Source of the DNA: a virus
UHGV virus genome: UHGV-0034108
Length of the DNA: 64,000 nt
Reading direction: 5' to 3' (one strand)
Shown piece by piece: positions 1-9,718 of the stretch. Positions within the stretch are counted from its first letter, which is position 1, and every line of letters starts with the position of its first letter. Both the position numbers and the translations under genes were made by a program. The notes beneath the pieces were generated by a model. It was not told the origin of the DNA, did no database searches, and was given only the letters and a program-made list of their open reading frames with translations.

Positions 1-953
1 TTAAATGTCTCCAACGTAAGATCATATTTGCAGAGAATTGTCTCAAGTTTAGACATTGAGACAAAGACGGGATCTGCTGGAAGATTCAGAACTCGTGCTA
101 CAAAATCTTGTGCAAGTTTTCTATCTTCATTGCTGGTAAATGGCACGCGCTCTATCCGTGAGGAAATTAATCTGCGCACAACCTTAGGGAATTGAGTTCT
201 ACGACTATTTATGTTATTTACCAGTGATGTATATCTTATAACCTCATTCCAGACAGCCATTGTACCGGGAAATTCTATCCAATTACATTGATTTATGACA
301 TTAAGCTGTATTATGAAGTTATTCATATTACGTTTGAAATCAGACCTGGAAGTCGCAGTTAAATATGCTAACCACAACACATCAAGAGTGAGCTTGTTAT
401 TCCCTGTAACATTTAATGAACTTACTGGAATACATGGTTTATTTAAGGAACCTTTAAGCAGTAATGGATAGTTTCCTTTAGAATCATCTGGCCATATAAC
501 AGTTGTACATCGCCTTACAACTACCGCGTCAGAAGTTACAATGTTTGGAAATATCTTAGCCGCAAGTTCAAACATCTGTCCTTCCGTATGGTCTTGTATA
601 TCTGTGAAAATACATTTATTGGATGGAAATATGATCAACCCCTCCGCATAAGTTCTGTGTTTGAAATTCGAACTTAGCTCAAAAACATTAAAGTCTCCTG
701 TATCTTCATTTCTTTTGATGTTGTAATGAGCCTTCAAATCTTCAATTGGAATACTACAGTCAGTCGCGACATAGATATCTGAACCTTCGGCAGGGCTTAT
801 GGTATTGTCCAATAATGTACCGGATTTGAGTAGGTCAAATACATCAACATTAATACAATAGTCAGGGACCTTCCTACGTGTATTGTAATTTATAAATATG
901 TCGTAATCATAGTATTTTACGCCATCAATCTCAAAATAAGCTTTTGTCTTCAT
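1..953 (-). CDS. Hypothetical protein, truncated by the window start. The start codon is at 951-953; the C-terminus lies beyond position 1.
   Basis: Open minus-strand frame from ATG at 951-953 (MKTKAYFEIDGVKYYDYD...) to the window edge with no stop. It is co-oriented with and tightly packed against the downstream gene. No recognisable motif. Confidence 0.5.
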   Translation of the reverse strand, partial: MKTKAYFEIDGVKYYDYDIFINYNTRRKVPDYCINVDVFDLLKSGTLLDNTISPAEGSDIYVATDCSIPIEDLKAHYNIKRNEDTGDFNVFELSSNFKHRTYAEGLIIFPSNKCIFTDIQDHTEGQMFELAAKIFPNIVTSDAVVVRRCTTVIWPDDSKGNYPLLLKGSLNKPCIPVSSLNVTGNNKLTLDVLWLAYLTATSRSDFKRNMNNFIIQLNVINQCNWIEFPGTMAVWNEVIRYTSLVNNINSRRTQFPKVVRRLISSRIERVPFTSNEDRKLAQDFVARVLNLPADPVFVSMSKLETILCKYDLTLETF

Positions 954-954
954 G

Positions 955-2001
955 CTAATTTCTCCCAAGAATGTCAAGTAAGTCGTTTGGCCCATCCGTT
1001 CTTATGTACGATGGAACTGTAGCCTGCCGTGCCTGATAATCGAGTATTTCACAGAGCAGGGTTTGCCATCCTTTGTAGGAATAGGTACGTTCTCCGACAG
1101 AGAAGGTAAAACCGTCAAACTGAGATGGGTCTGTCTGGTCATAGACATACGTCACCGGCACTTTGTCTGTTCGGCTTATGTCTGTAAACAAGTACGGAAG
1201 TATGGTGTATGACTTGTAGTCCTCATCTTTGTCCATTACAATCCGCATTACATCCGAATACAGTTTTGCCTGTATGTAATAGGCAAGACGTACAAAGTTC
1301 TCCTTGAAGTTCCATGCGGGATCGCCACTGGTTTTAAGGTCAACAAGCTGAATTGTCTTAGCTTCATGATCAACTTTTATCAAGTCAGGCATAATCTTTA
1401 CCGGAATGGTTTGCCCAGAAGGAAGTGTGTAATCTACGACATACTGAGCTTGATAAATATACTCTACAGTATCGCTGCTTTTTGTACCAAACAGGGTTTT
1501 TAGGTATGAGTCGTTTCTGAAGATGGTCATCATGGAGAAAGCATCAGACCACTCATCTTCTGTCACAATAGTTTTTCCGGAACGTCTTACAAGATAATAA
1601 TCTGCATATTCTACGAGATGTCTGTACTTTGCGTCGTATCCCCAGTTAGGATAATATTGGCATGTTTCAGTTGCAGTAGTTATCTCCTTACTTGTGAGTG
1701 TTTCAAAGCAAGGTGCTGTACAGGTTGAGACTAATGTGTCCAGAACCCTCCTTTCAGCATCAGGAACAGTTCGATCAAAAACAGCGTATTTTGACTTGGT
1801 GGCTTTACTTCCCTGTGTTAGCATGCAGTCGAACAAGGATCCAAATGTCATTGCTGCTGTCGGCTTTTGCTTTTCATCCAATGTAGCAATGGCAGCAAAA
1901 CCGGTTTTTGCATATTTCGCAATCTTGGAATAAGACCATGCGGGATAATCGTGATAATCCTGGTCAGCGAGCTTTAAAGAATAATCTTTTAATGATTTCA
2001 T
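955..2001 (-). CDS. PD-(D/E)XK superfamily nuclease (putative recombination exonuclease, Cas4/RecB/YqaJ-like)
   Basis: 348 aa. The stretch MPDLIKVDHEAKTIQLVDLKTSG fits the PD...(D/E)xK catalytic signature. The N-terminal region (AWSYSKIAKYAKTGFAAIA) resembles the phage YqaJ-type exonuclease N-terminus. It sits in the replication module. Confidence 0.5.
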   Translation of the reverse strand: MKSLKDYSLKLADQDYHDYPAWSYSKIAKYAKTGFAAIATLDEKQKPTAAMTFGSLFDCMLTQGSKATKSKYAVFDRTVPDAERRVLDTLVSTCTAPCFETLTSKEITTATETCQYYPNWGYDAKYRHLVEYADYYLVRRSGKTIVTEDEWSDAFSMMTIFRNDSYLKTLFGTKSSDTVEYIYQAQYVVDYTLPSGQTIPVKIMPDLIKVDHEAKTIQLVDLKTSGDPAWNFKENFVRLAYYIQAKLYSDVMRIVMDKDEDYKSYTILPYLFTDISRTDKVPVTYVYDQTDPSQFDGFTFSVGERTYSYKGWQTLLCEILDYQARQATVPSYIRTDGPNDLLDILGRN

Positions 2002-2010
2002 GATAGTTAA

Positions 2011-2081
2011 CTAAAAAAGTAAGGGAGAATCTATGGGTAAACTAATGACAAACAACATCGCTATAGATGATTCTCCCTTAC
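2011..2081 (-). promoter_or_regulatory. Intergenic hairpin (13-bp perfect stem, long loop) followed by a U-run on the minus strand. Possible attenuator or partial terminator.
   Basis: gtaagggagaatc at 2019-2031 is the exact reverse complement of gattctcccttac at 2069-2081. On the minus strand the stem is followed by a TTTTTT run (plus-strand 2012-2017). Confidence 0.4.
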
Positions 2082-2160
2082 TTATGATTATACTTATGTC
2101 CTCTAAATGTTTTTCTTACTGCAAATATAACAAAAAAGTTAGTATAATATAACAAATGTG

Positions 2161-3216
2161 TTACTTATTGCAGAAAATGTTGTCGAACAACATAGGAGCT
2201 TCTATGTATTTGGGTTTAACTGCTATCGCAGAATGCAGAAGTGGCATAAATTGACTTATCTTATCAAGACTACATGCATTGGATAATGGAAGATAACTTC
2301 CAGATTTATCTACTCCCAAGAAAGAAGCTATAAAATCCTGCATCATATTCCAGTCTTTTGGCTGTATAACACGATTCCGGAAACAGCTCACTGGTGTAGT
2401 TGATTCCACAAAACAAATCTGTCGCATTACATGCCTAAATTTTTCTGAATTTGCTTTGTAAAAATTATCCTTCATGTGTAACAGCAGGCAAAGAGTTGCC
2501 GGATAATCATTCCAATCACTGCCAAGTACTGACTGTTCAAACATGGCTTTATCCCTCATATTATACCAAACGGTTAAGGTATCCGGACAAATTACAGTTG
2601 TCGGCTTTCTTTCTACCTTAGATTCAGTTACGCACTTCATCATAAAGTATCGGTCTGCAAGTGCATCGTTGTAGATTTCCACATAGGGTATGAAATCACA
2701 CACCATACGTTTTTCGATACAGTTGCCAAGTACAGTAAACTGCCTTAGTTTCAAAAACTCGTCAACTACGTCATAGGTGATTTGTGGCGGTATCTCAGTA
2801 TGAGTCCTATAATTTACATTATTTAGTGTAAACAAGTACAACTTATTGTTTTGTACTGCTGCAACATCAAAATATAGCGTTACCTTATCATCTATGAAAT
2901 CTGGAATGACTATAGTATCGGCAGTGTCTTTGGAAAGTACTATCTTGTAGCCGCTATGTCTTAACAAGTCTCTTGGAATACTACATTCCGGGCATACATA
3001 AAGGCGTTGATTCTTCATCTGTTCAGAACCTTTTACGTAAAAACGGAGATTATCATATTCTGAACATTTCGAAAATGAGATAAAGGCAGCTTTATTTTTG
3101 TACTTTCTTCCACTTCGTCGCCATACCTGAATGTTACGCAATCTCATATCCATTGCTGTATAAAAGAGAAAGCCTTCGTACACAGCATCAAACTTTTGAT
3201 ATATACAGTTCATCAT
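2161..3216 (-). CDS. Hypothetical protein (351 aa), translationally coupled to the upstream MoxR-like ATPase gene
   Basis: Long ORF. Its start overlaps the stop of 3213..4487 by 4 nt (ATGA-type coupling). No recognisable motif. Confidence 0.65.
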   Translation of the reverse strand: MMNCIYQKFDAVYEGFLFYTAMDMRLRNIQVWRRSGRKYKNKAAFISFSKCSEYDNLRFYVKGSEQMKNQRLYVCPECSIPRDLLRHSGYKIVLSKDTADTIVIPDFIDDKVTLYFDVAAVQNNKLYLFTLNNVNYRTHTEIPPQITYDVVDEFLKLRQFTVLGNCIEKRMVCDFIPYVEIYNDALADRYFMMKCVTESKVERKPTTVICPDTLTVWYNMRDKAMFEQSVLGSDWNDYPATLCLLLHMKDNFYKANSEKFRHVMRQICFVESTTPVSCFRNRVIQPKDWNMMQDFIASFLGVDKSGSYLPLSNACSLDKISQFMPLLHSAIAVKPKYIEAPMLFDNIFCNK

Positions 3217-4487
3217 GACAATATCTTTGCTATTTTTGGTTCGAACAGAAGCTTATTAGTCTGACTCTTGTGCTTTGATGTTATCGTCTTTATCATGTGA
3301 TAATACAGGTCCTGATTGAAGAGTCGCTTTCCGCCATTCTCCTCGTTGTCTATGAAATCAAGTATCCTATCCTTGACTTTCGCTATAGGCGTTTGCTCCT
3401 TGGAATCAAGCCAGGCATTGACAAAGTTTACGAACCTGCGTTCAAGAAGTGAGGATATGTCTGCTCTGTACTGCTTATCCCCATCATACATGGCATTCTC
3501 AAGAATGGGACGTACTTCATCCCAAGGTTTGAGTAGCATATCTTTTGGCTGTATGAGAAGGTGCATCTTGTTTCTTATGAAGGAAGAGAACATCTGAGAG
3601 AATCGTCCATTGTCGTCATGGAAACAGCCTCTGGATATGGACGAGATAAATGCAAGATTCTGCTTGTCATCCCAATCCTTAATTCCGGAAATCATATTCG
3701 CAAACATGACGAAAGACCTCGGGTTGCATATTCTGTTTCCTTCCTCGTCGGCTTGAAACAACTCGTTTGAATATGACAGAACGAAGTTAATGCAACGACC
3801 ATCTATGCCCTCCGACTCTGCCCACTGTGCCCATGCATCCTGAGACCAATCTATGCTGAAGTTCATAAATCTCGTTGCCTGTGCCTCATCCAGAGATGAT
3901 ACGTTGTTCGTGCCGTCATCAGGATTACTGGTAAGGACGATTGTTGTTTTCTTCGGAAGGGACCAGGATATGTACTTCTGTTCAAGTACAAGGTCCATTA
4001 CCGCCTGAAGAAGTTGGGAATTTGCCCTGCTCCAGTCATCAAGAAGAACGACAGTTCCGTTATCTGTATATTCTGGAACCCAAGCAGGCTTGGCATAGGA
4101 CATACGGGTCTTTCCGGTCTGTCTTACGGCAATGGATTTATCCATGCCGTTAATCTGCTTATCTGTAAGCCACGTAGTTCCGGGAAGAACATGTACTTTT
4201 ACTGTGCCGTCCTTTTCCTTTATACGACGTGCCGTCTGGCATTCGTATTCTGTCTGTGGAAATCCCAGAAGGTCTCCACTCTCGTCAAGCTGTGAAAGGT
4301 TGAGTTTAACAAAACCCATCTCACGCTTCTCCGCGATCTGCCTTACGATTGAGGTCTTTCCTATTCCCGCTGAAGCTTCAAGTGATATGGCAATCGGAGT
4401 CACTCCAGTTTCTTGGAGTCTGATGTTGTTGTCGATGGTGTAGTTGAGGAGGTTATCCACCTCGGTCATTGATACTGTGTTTGTCAT
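3213..4487 (-). CDS. MoxR-like AAA+ ATPase (AAA_5/dynein-related subfamily)
   Basis: Walker A EASAGIGKTSIV. Walker B VVLLDDWSRA. Sensor-like LTSNP. Domain order typical of MoxR ATPases. Adjacent to a vWA protein. Confidence 0.8.
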   Translation of the reverse strand: MTNTVSMTEVDNLLNYTIDNNIRLQETGVTPIAISLEASAGIGKTSIVRQIAEKREMGFVKLNLSQLDESGDLLGFPQTEYECQTARRIKEKDGTVKVHVLPGTTWLTDKQINGMDKSIAVRQTGKTRMSYAKPAWVPEYTDNGTVVLLDDWSRANSQLLQAVMDLVLEQKYISWSLPKKTTIVLTSNPDDGTNNVSSLDEAQATRFMNFSIDWSQDAWAQWAESEGIDGRCINFVLSYSNELFQADEEGNRICNPRSFVMFANMISGIKDWDDKQNLAFISSISRGCFHDDNGRFSQMFSSFIRNKMHLLIQPKDMLLKPWDEVRPILENAMYDGDKQYRADISSLLERRFVNFVNAWLDSKEQTPIAKVKDRILDFIDNEENGGKRLFNQDLYYHMIKTITSKHKSQTNKLLFEPKIAKILS

Positions 4488-4512
4488 AATAGATTAATGC
4501 TTATATAGTTTG

Positions 4513-5754
4513 CTATTGTTTCTTTGGAATGAAGACTACAGAACATCCATTTACCATATATTTTTTTCTGTCCTTCTGATCTCCTTTAGAAGATATTACC
4601 CATAAAGTCTCCTTTGGGGTATTGCTTGGTATGGTAGCATATCCGTCTGTAAAGTAGACAAGTACATCATACTTCTTTATGTTCTGTCTGTACATGTCAA
4701 TAACAGGTTGAAATGATGTTCCGCCCGTCCCATGCAGTTTTAGATTTGGTTTTCCCCGGTAGTAATATTCATGCTGTATTGCAGCATCGCACTCGACAAC
4801 ATGAAAATCGGCATAATCGTTAAGAGTCTTTAACTGTCCAAAGAACTCAAGATATTCCTGCATCGAAACTGAACCGGAAGTGTCAATTGCTACGAGGATG
4901 AGAGACTTTCGTTGCTTTCGTGTACCTGCTGCATCCGGAAATCGTTTGGACAGACGCTTGTTAGATTTCCTCAGCATCTCACTGAACGCATTGCCTAAAT
5001 ACCGTCTACAATATTTCTTCCAGTTAGTTACAGGTTTGGGTCTCTTGCGTTCACGAATTGCCTGAATGATACCTGTCATCTCTCCCGGTAGTGTACCACA
5101 GCCTTTTTCTGTCTCGTCAGCTGCTGCAAGAAGCAAGTCCTCAACCTGTTGTTTCAAGGTTTCCACTTCCTGTTCTGTATCTCCGTCTGGCCATCCAGAA
5201 TGATCATCAAAAGTCTCAGATCCTATCTGATCCGGTTCTGTGACATGTTCCGACTGATCTTGCTCGGTATCTTCATCATCAAAGTCGTCAAACTGCTTAT
5301 TCTGCGCTGCTTTTTTCTTGGCAGAATTTTCCAATTCTCTTTCTTTAAGTAATCTGTAATACTCTCGTGCGCCCAACTGAGGTCTCCAACCATATTTTGA
5401 TGGTATGAGGACAGGAAGTGTTCCCAGTTGTGATACGTCTATATAGCAGTTTACCTCAAGATCCGCAGCAATATTCTTCAGCTTCTGTTCGTGATATGTT
5501 TCATTCTTATCCTCCCATAATGTAAAGTGATTGAATGCGAGGTGCAGAACCTCGTGTTTCAGTAGTTCCAGTACAGCAGCATCAGGAAGCGGGTTTATGA
5601 AGTCCGGATTATATACAAGACGAAACACATTTCCTGATTGTGTAACACCGATGGTGTCAAGATTTTTTGACGGGTACCTCTCCATGGCGGAGAGCAATAT
5701 CCCATAATACGGTTCCCTCATCGAGAACAGCATACAGAGTTTTTCAAAGTCCAT
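4513..5754 (-). CDS. vWA-domain protein with an N-terminal HExxH metallopeptidase-like domain (DUF2201-like); partner of the MoxR ATPase
   Basis: HEVLH motif (LLKHEVLHLAFNH) in the N-terminal domain, then an acidic linker. A C-terminal vWA domain follows, with the MIDAS motif DTSGS (LILVAIDTSGSVS) plus downstream TGGT and FTDG elements. Confidence 0.75.
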   Translation of the reverse strand: MDFEKLCMLFSMREPYYGILLSAMERYPSKNLDTIGVTQSGNVFRLVYNPDFINPLPDAAVLELLKHEVLHLAFNHFTLWEDKNETYHEQKLKNIAADLEVNCYIDVSQLGTLPVLIPSKYGWRPQLGAREYYRLLKERELENSAKKKAAQNKQFDDFDDEDTEQDQSEHVTEPDQIGSETFDDHSGWPDGDTEQEVETLKQQVEDLLLAAADETEKGCGTLPGEMTGIIQAIRERKRPKPVTNWKKYCRRYLGNAFSEMLRKSNKRLSKRFPDAAGTRKQRKSLILVAIDTSGSVSMQEYLEFFGQLKTLNDYADFHVVECDAAIQHEYYYRGKPNLKLHGTGGTSFQPVIDMYRQNIKKYDVLVYFTDGYATIPSNTPKETLWVISSKGDQKDRKKYMVNGCSVVFIPKKQ

Positions 5755-5760
5755 GATTAT

Positions 5761-6780
5761 TTATCTTTGTGATTTCCAGATTTCAACAAGTTTCCCCTTT
5801 CCGAGCTTTTTTACCAAATCACTCGGGTCCTTGCATTGAAGTTCAGATGGTATGCAGACATTACGTAATTTTGGATAGAGTGCCATAAGTTTCCTGGCAT
5901 TATCCTGACCCGGATTATCGTGTTCATGACTAAAATCATTGTCATACCAGATATACACTCTCTTAAATCCATCAAAAACCTGTTTCATGACTTGTGGTTT
6001 AGGAAGATAACCTTCCCCCTGTAGTGACATTGCTGGAATGCCCAAATTATACCACAGGCACATGGCATCCTTTCTTGATGATGTGATGATGACTGCTCTG
6101 TTTGACTTTATTTTAGCAAATGCAAATGCCTGTCTCCAGAGATCCCAGACGGAAGCATCATGTTTCGACAACCACTTCATTGTAGTCGAATAAGGCTGGT
6201 ACAGCTTGATGCTTTCCGTTCCGTCTTTCCATTCGAAATAGGCATAGGCATACTTATCCATAGGTACAGTAACCGTTCTCGACTTTCCATCCTCAAGTTT
6301 TGTAAAGAAGGCATGAGATATGGGAAATACATTGCACCATTTGGCAAACTTCTCGGATATTCCGTAAGATTTCCAAAATTCCACATCCCAATCTTTCCAC
6401 TCACGTATTTTTACCTTTATTGTAGAATTGCCGGTGAGATGTATTTTACCCTTGTATTTTCGTATCAGACTTGCCCGTGGTATTTGATTTTCCGTATCGA
6501 GCTTTATCTTCAACAGGGCTTCCTTGTACGTAACATGCCATAGTTTAGCAAGAAGCGATATTGCACTGCCGCTTTCCCCGGTGCCGAAATCTTTCCAAAA
6601 GACGACGCCGCCCCTCTCCTGCATAGAGAAAGAAGGGCGCTCGTCATCTTCACGCAACGGTGATCGACACGTACACGGAAAGCAGTCTATACCAACATAA
6701 CGACGGATTATATCTTTATCGGATAGTGATATGTCGTCGCGTGTTATGGAAAGACTGCTTCTTTTTGTAGATGTAATCAT
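5761..6780 (-). CDS. DnaG-like DNA primase (divergent zinc-binding and Toprim-like regions)
   Basis: CFPCTCRSPLREDDERPSFSM...GESGSAISLL resembles the DnaG CHC2 zinc-finger block (CPFH.E.TPSF...G.G.AI.F). The second Cys pair is missing. A Toprim-like DxD motif is present (YIWYDNDFSHEHD). Overlaps the SSB-like gene by 4 nt. Confidence 0.55.
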   Translation of the reverse strand: MITSTKRSSLSITRDDISLSDKDIIRRYVGIDCFPCTCRSPLREDDERPSFSMQERGGVVFWKDFGTGESGSAISLLAKLWHVTYKEALLKIKLDTENQIPRASLIRKYKGKIHLTGNSTIKVKIREWKDWDVEFWKSYGISEKFAKWCNVFPISHAFFTKLEDGKSRTVTVPMDKYAYAYFEWKDGTESIKLYQPYSTTMKWLSKHDASVWDLWRQAFAFAKIKSNRAVIITSSRKDAMCLWYNLGIPAMSLQGEGYLPKPQVMKQVFDGFKRVYIWYDNDFSHEHDNPGQDNARKLMALYPKLRNVCIPSELQCKDPSDLVKKLGKGKLVEIWKSQR

Positions 6781-7739
6781 TGTGCAAACGGAAGATCATC
6801 GTCATCCTCAATGTAATTACCCTCATCGTCAAACATTGTCTTCGGCTGCGCAACATCCGTAGCTGTCTCCTTATATTCCCTTACAGGAAGAGAACTGTAA
6901 GTATATTCACCACGGATAGTCTTGCCGGCAGCACGCCTGTCTGCAACAGATGCCACGAACTTGTCAATGAGTGTCCTTGCGCGTGTATACTCACCTGTAT
7001 TTCTGTCGACAGGCATTCCATTCCCGATGTATCCTGAGTTAAGGAATGACTGATATGTCTTGTTGTCATCGGTCGTCATGACTCCGAGCACTACTTTCAC
7101 TCTGTTGTCAGGCTGAAGTGCAAGATATTCGGCAATTTCAGACACATCGCCATCGCAAATCTTTCCCCAGTCATCTACAGTAAGTCGTCCCGGATTCTTT
7201 GATGGAGTCCATCCGTTCTTTGTCCTGTCAAATATCTGAAGAGGAGTGATGTTGAGGTACTTGAAAAGGAAGCTTACAAGCTCTTCCTCTCCGATATGGC
7301 AGGCTTTGTACGGCGTGCTGATATTTGCAGGCTGTCCATTCTTGTAGATTGGGACTTTTCCTGCCTTGAACTCCTCCTTCGTCACCCACGCGGTACGACC
7401 ATAGCAGTCAATCACCTTGCACTTGTCGCCAGCCGCATTGGTCTGTACTCCTTTCTGGCACCAGAAGTCAAGAGACACTACCGGTTTCTCGTCAAGATCC
7501 TGAATCTGAACCAGAAGCCTTACCCTTGTCGACTGCGTTTCACGTCCATCAGGAAGTGTCTTTGTAAGGATATAGTTCGGCTCTGCGGCATCTTCTGGGA
7601 TATTCCAACCGAATTTGCGGAGTTTGGCGTTGTCGGGATTGACTGCCAAGACATTGATGGAGGCAACTCCTACATACTTTCTGATGTCCAAGAACTCGCC
7701 GTTTGCGGCTTCTTTGCTTGCATTTACGTTTTCAATCAT
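6777..7739 (-). CDS. Putative ssDNA-binding protein with an SSB-like acidic C-terminal tail
   Basis: The C-terminus ...DDEGNYIEDDDDLPFAQ resembles the SSB C-terminal interaction tail (DDDIPF). Located between the primase and helicase genes. The N-terminal domain was not independently verified as an OB fold. Confidence 0.5.
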   Translation of the reverse strand: MIENVNASKEAANGEFLDIRKYVGVASINVLAVNPDNAKLRKFGWNIPEDAAEPNYILTKTLPDGRETQSTRVRLLVQIQDLDEKPVVSLDFWCQKGVQTNAAGDKCKVIDCYGRTAWVTKEEFKAGKVPIYKNGQPANISTPYKACHIGEEELVSFLFKYLNITPLQIFDRTKNGWTPSKNPGRLTVDDWGKICDGDVSEIAEYLALQPDNRVKVVLGVMTTDDNKTYQSFLNSGYIGNGMPVDRNTGEYTRARTLIDKFVASVADRRAAGKTIRGEYTYSSLPVREYKETATDVAQPKTMFDDEGNYIEDDDDLPFAQ

Positions 7740-7763
7740 AGCTGTAAAAAATTAATAATGTTT

Positions 7764-8123
7764 TTATTGTTGTTTTTCGTCTTTTGTGAGGAGTTCGGGA
7801 TTTTCGAATGGAGGCATTGCCACTTGATGATATTCCTTTTCCTTTCCTTTGCATCGAAGTTCCCAAATGTCTTCTGGTTCTTCACCGTCCTCCTGAAGTA
7901 TAACAAGCACATTCGGGTGTCTTGAAGCAACAGTTTCTACTTCATTAGTAAGGTCATAATATTTTCCTTCAATACATCCGTAACTGATAAGATCCAGAAT
8001 GTCTCCTTTATACTTCGAGCTTTCTACAAGGTCTTCCTGAAATGCTTTTATTGCCTTTGGAGTACCTTCGGCTGTAAGTGAGTAGTTTGTACAGTAGCTC
8101 ATGGTAGTATCTCCTATTTCCAC
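7764..8123 (-). CDS. Hypothetical protein (119 aa)
   Basis: ORF in the co-oriented operon. Its start overlaps the end of 8114..8596. Confidence 0.55.
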   Translation of the reverse strand: MEIGDTTMSYCTNYSLTAEGTPKAIKAFQEDLVESSKYKGDILDLISYGCIEGKYYDLTNEVETVASRHPNVLVILQEDGEEPEDIWELRCKGKEKEYHQVAMPPFENPELLTKDEKQQ

Positions 8124-8596
8124 TCCTCAGGCTCATCTCCCCAATCGTCGTCATCATCATTTATCTCCTGTGATTCTGACGTCTCCCACTCGGATGTCTC
8201 TGCTTCAGGTTTAGATTCAGATGCTGTCTCAGGTTCAGCGGCCTCCTCCTCTGAAGTTTCTTCTTCTGTGTCTTCTTCATTGTTTTCCGGGAAGATTGTA
8301 TCGACAACCTTCTCCTCTACAGGTTCCTTTTCGGCTTCCTCAACAGCCTTGTTTGCAGTTTCTTCCGCAACGGGTGTTTTCGGTTCATCTGTAAAGCATA
8401 CCATGGTTTTGTATGCGGAAATCTGCCCTTCCTGCATTCTCAGCAGTTTCTCAAGGTCGGCTTTCTCCTTGTCAGCAAGTGCCTTGTACTTCGCATCAAC
8501 CTTTTCGATTTCCTGCTTCGTAATCTCCATTGCCTTTGTTGAGGATGCAATGATCGTGTTGATCTCTTTGATAAGTTTTTTATTGTCTGTAATCAT
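8114..8596 (-). CDS. Highly acidic coiled-coil protein (160 aa); possible DNA-mimic or regulatory protein
   Basis: The N-terminal heptad-like segment is rich in K/E. The C-terminal 70 aa are about half D/E (…EEDTEEETSEEEAAEPE…DDDDDWGDEPEEWK). Confidence 0.6.
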   Translation of the reverse strand: MITDNKKLIKEINTIIASSTKAMEITKQEIEKVDAKYKALADKEKADLEKLLRMQEGQISAYKTMVCFTDEPKTPVAEETANKAVEEAEKEPVEEKVVDTIFPENNEEDTEEETSEEEAAEPETASESKPEAETSEWETSESQEINDDDDDWGDEPEEWK

Positions 8597-8626
8597 AATG
8601 TTGGTTGTAATAATTAAATGAAACGA

Positions 8627-9718
8627 TTATAATTTATAATGTGATATGTAAATATCAGGTATATTAGCAGTTACGCCATTAAGGAAGCTGTCGTCCTTGG
8701 TTCCGTCAAATACAGGAATCCATATTACCGGATTTTTACTTCTCATAATGCGTCCGATGCTCTGAACAGTGATTCGTTCAGTTCCTCCGAGCTGGGTTAT
8801 TACACCGTGTTCGATGTCTACCAGATTCTGTCCTTCGATAAGTTTTCCCACTACAAAGAGAGAGTTTATCTCCTTACTGTTGAACTTTTCAAGAAGTTTT
8901 GCCGATGTTGGAGTCTTGGATGTGAATGCCCTTTCCTTACATAGAGATTCAGCCTGCTTTATGGATGCACAGAAACAGAGGAATCTCCTGTTCTTATTCT
9001 GAAGTCCATTGCATATATATCGTACGGCATCCTCCTTAATTTCTCCAAGGAAATGTTTTCTTGCAACTCCGGCACTGAACATCTTTAGTTTGTTCATCTT
9101 CGTTGGATTGTCATTAAAGGCAGCTTTGGCTTCTTTCACTTTCTGTTCAAGAATGTCGTACATTCCCTTTGCAGACAATGACATCCCTCTGTACCAGTAC
9201 CTGCGACGAACTCTATCAATGCTGATATGACAGACATTAACCTTCGGCATTGGAAGAAAGCCATTCCGGATAGCATGTTCAAGTGTAATTACAGATTTTT
9301 GAAAGTGTCCATAAGCATTTTCCAGAGCTGCTTTCTCATCGTCTGTAATGACAGCACCAAGTGCCAAGACATAGTTTCCTGATACGGTACGGCAAATTTC
9401 TCTGCGTATGTCTGTATCTACATGCGGCGCTTCATCAAATACCAAAAGGCCCCACGAGGTGTTTTCATATTTCTTGAAGGAAGCATAGCATGCAATCTCG
9501 ACCCCATAAGGGCTGACATCGAACTTTTCAAACTCAGTAATCCAGTTGGCAATATTGTTCTGTTCCGGAACGAGAATCAGGCAAGTGGTGCCGGGATTGT
9601 TTCTCAGGAAGTTCAAAGCCACCTGACTTTTTCCGACACCGGTTGCCCATTGACAGATAACCCTGCGTTCACGTTCAAGAACACGTGCAACGCTATTCTG
9701 TAGTTCCTGTCTCGTCAT
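8627..9718 (-). CDS. Superfamily-2 (DEAD/DEAH-like) helicase
   Basis: Walker A QWATGVGKSQVAL. Motif II LVFDEAPHV. C-terminal motif VI-like QSIGRIMRS. Confidence 0.75.
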   Translation of the reverse strand: MTRQELQNSVARVLERERRVICQWATGVGKSQVALNFLRNNPGTTCLILVPEQNNIANWITEFEKFDVSPYGVEIACYASFKKYENTSWGLLVFDEAPHVDTDIRREICRTVSGNYVLALGAVITDDEKAALENAYGHFQKSVITLEHAIRNGFLPMPKVNVCHISIDRVRRRYWYRGMSLSAKGMYDILEQKVKEAKAAFNDNPTKMNKLKMFSAGVARKHFLGEIKEDAVRYICNGLQNKNRRFLCFCASIKQAESLCKERAFTSKTPTSAKLLEKFNSKEINSLFVVGKLIEGQNLVDIEHGVITQLGGTERITVQSIGRIMRSKNPVIWIPVFDGTKDDSFLNGVTANIPDIYISHYKL

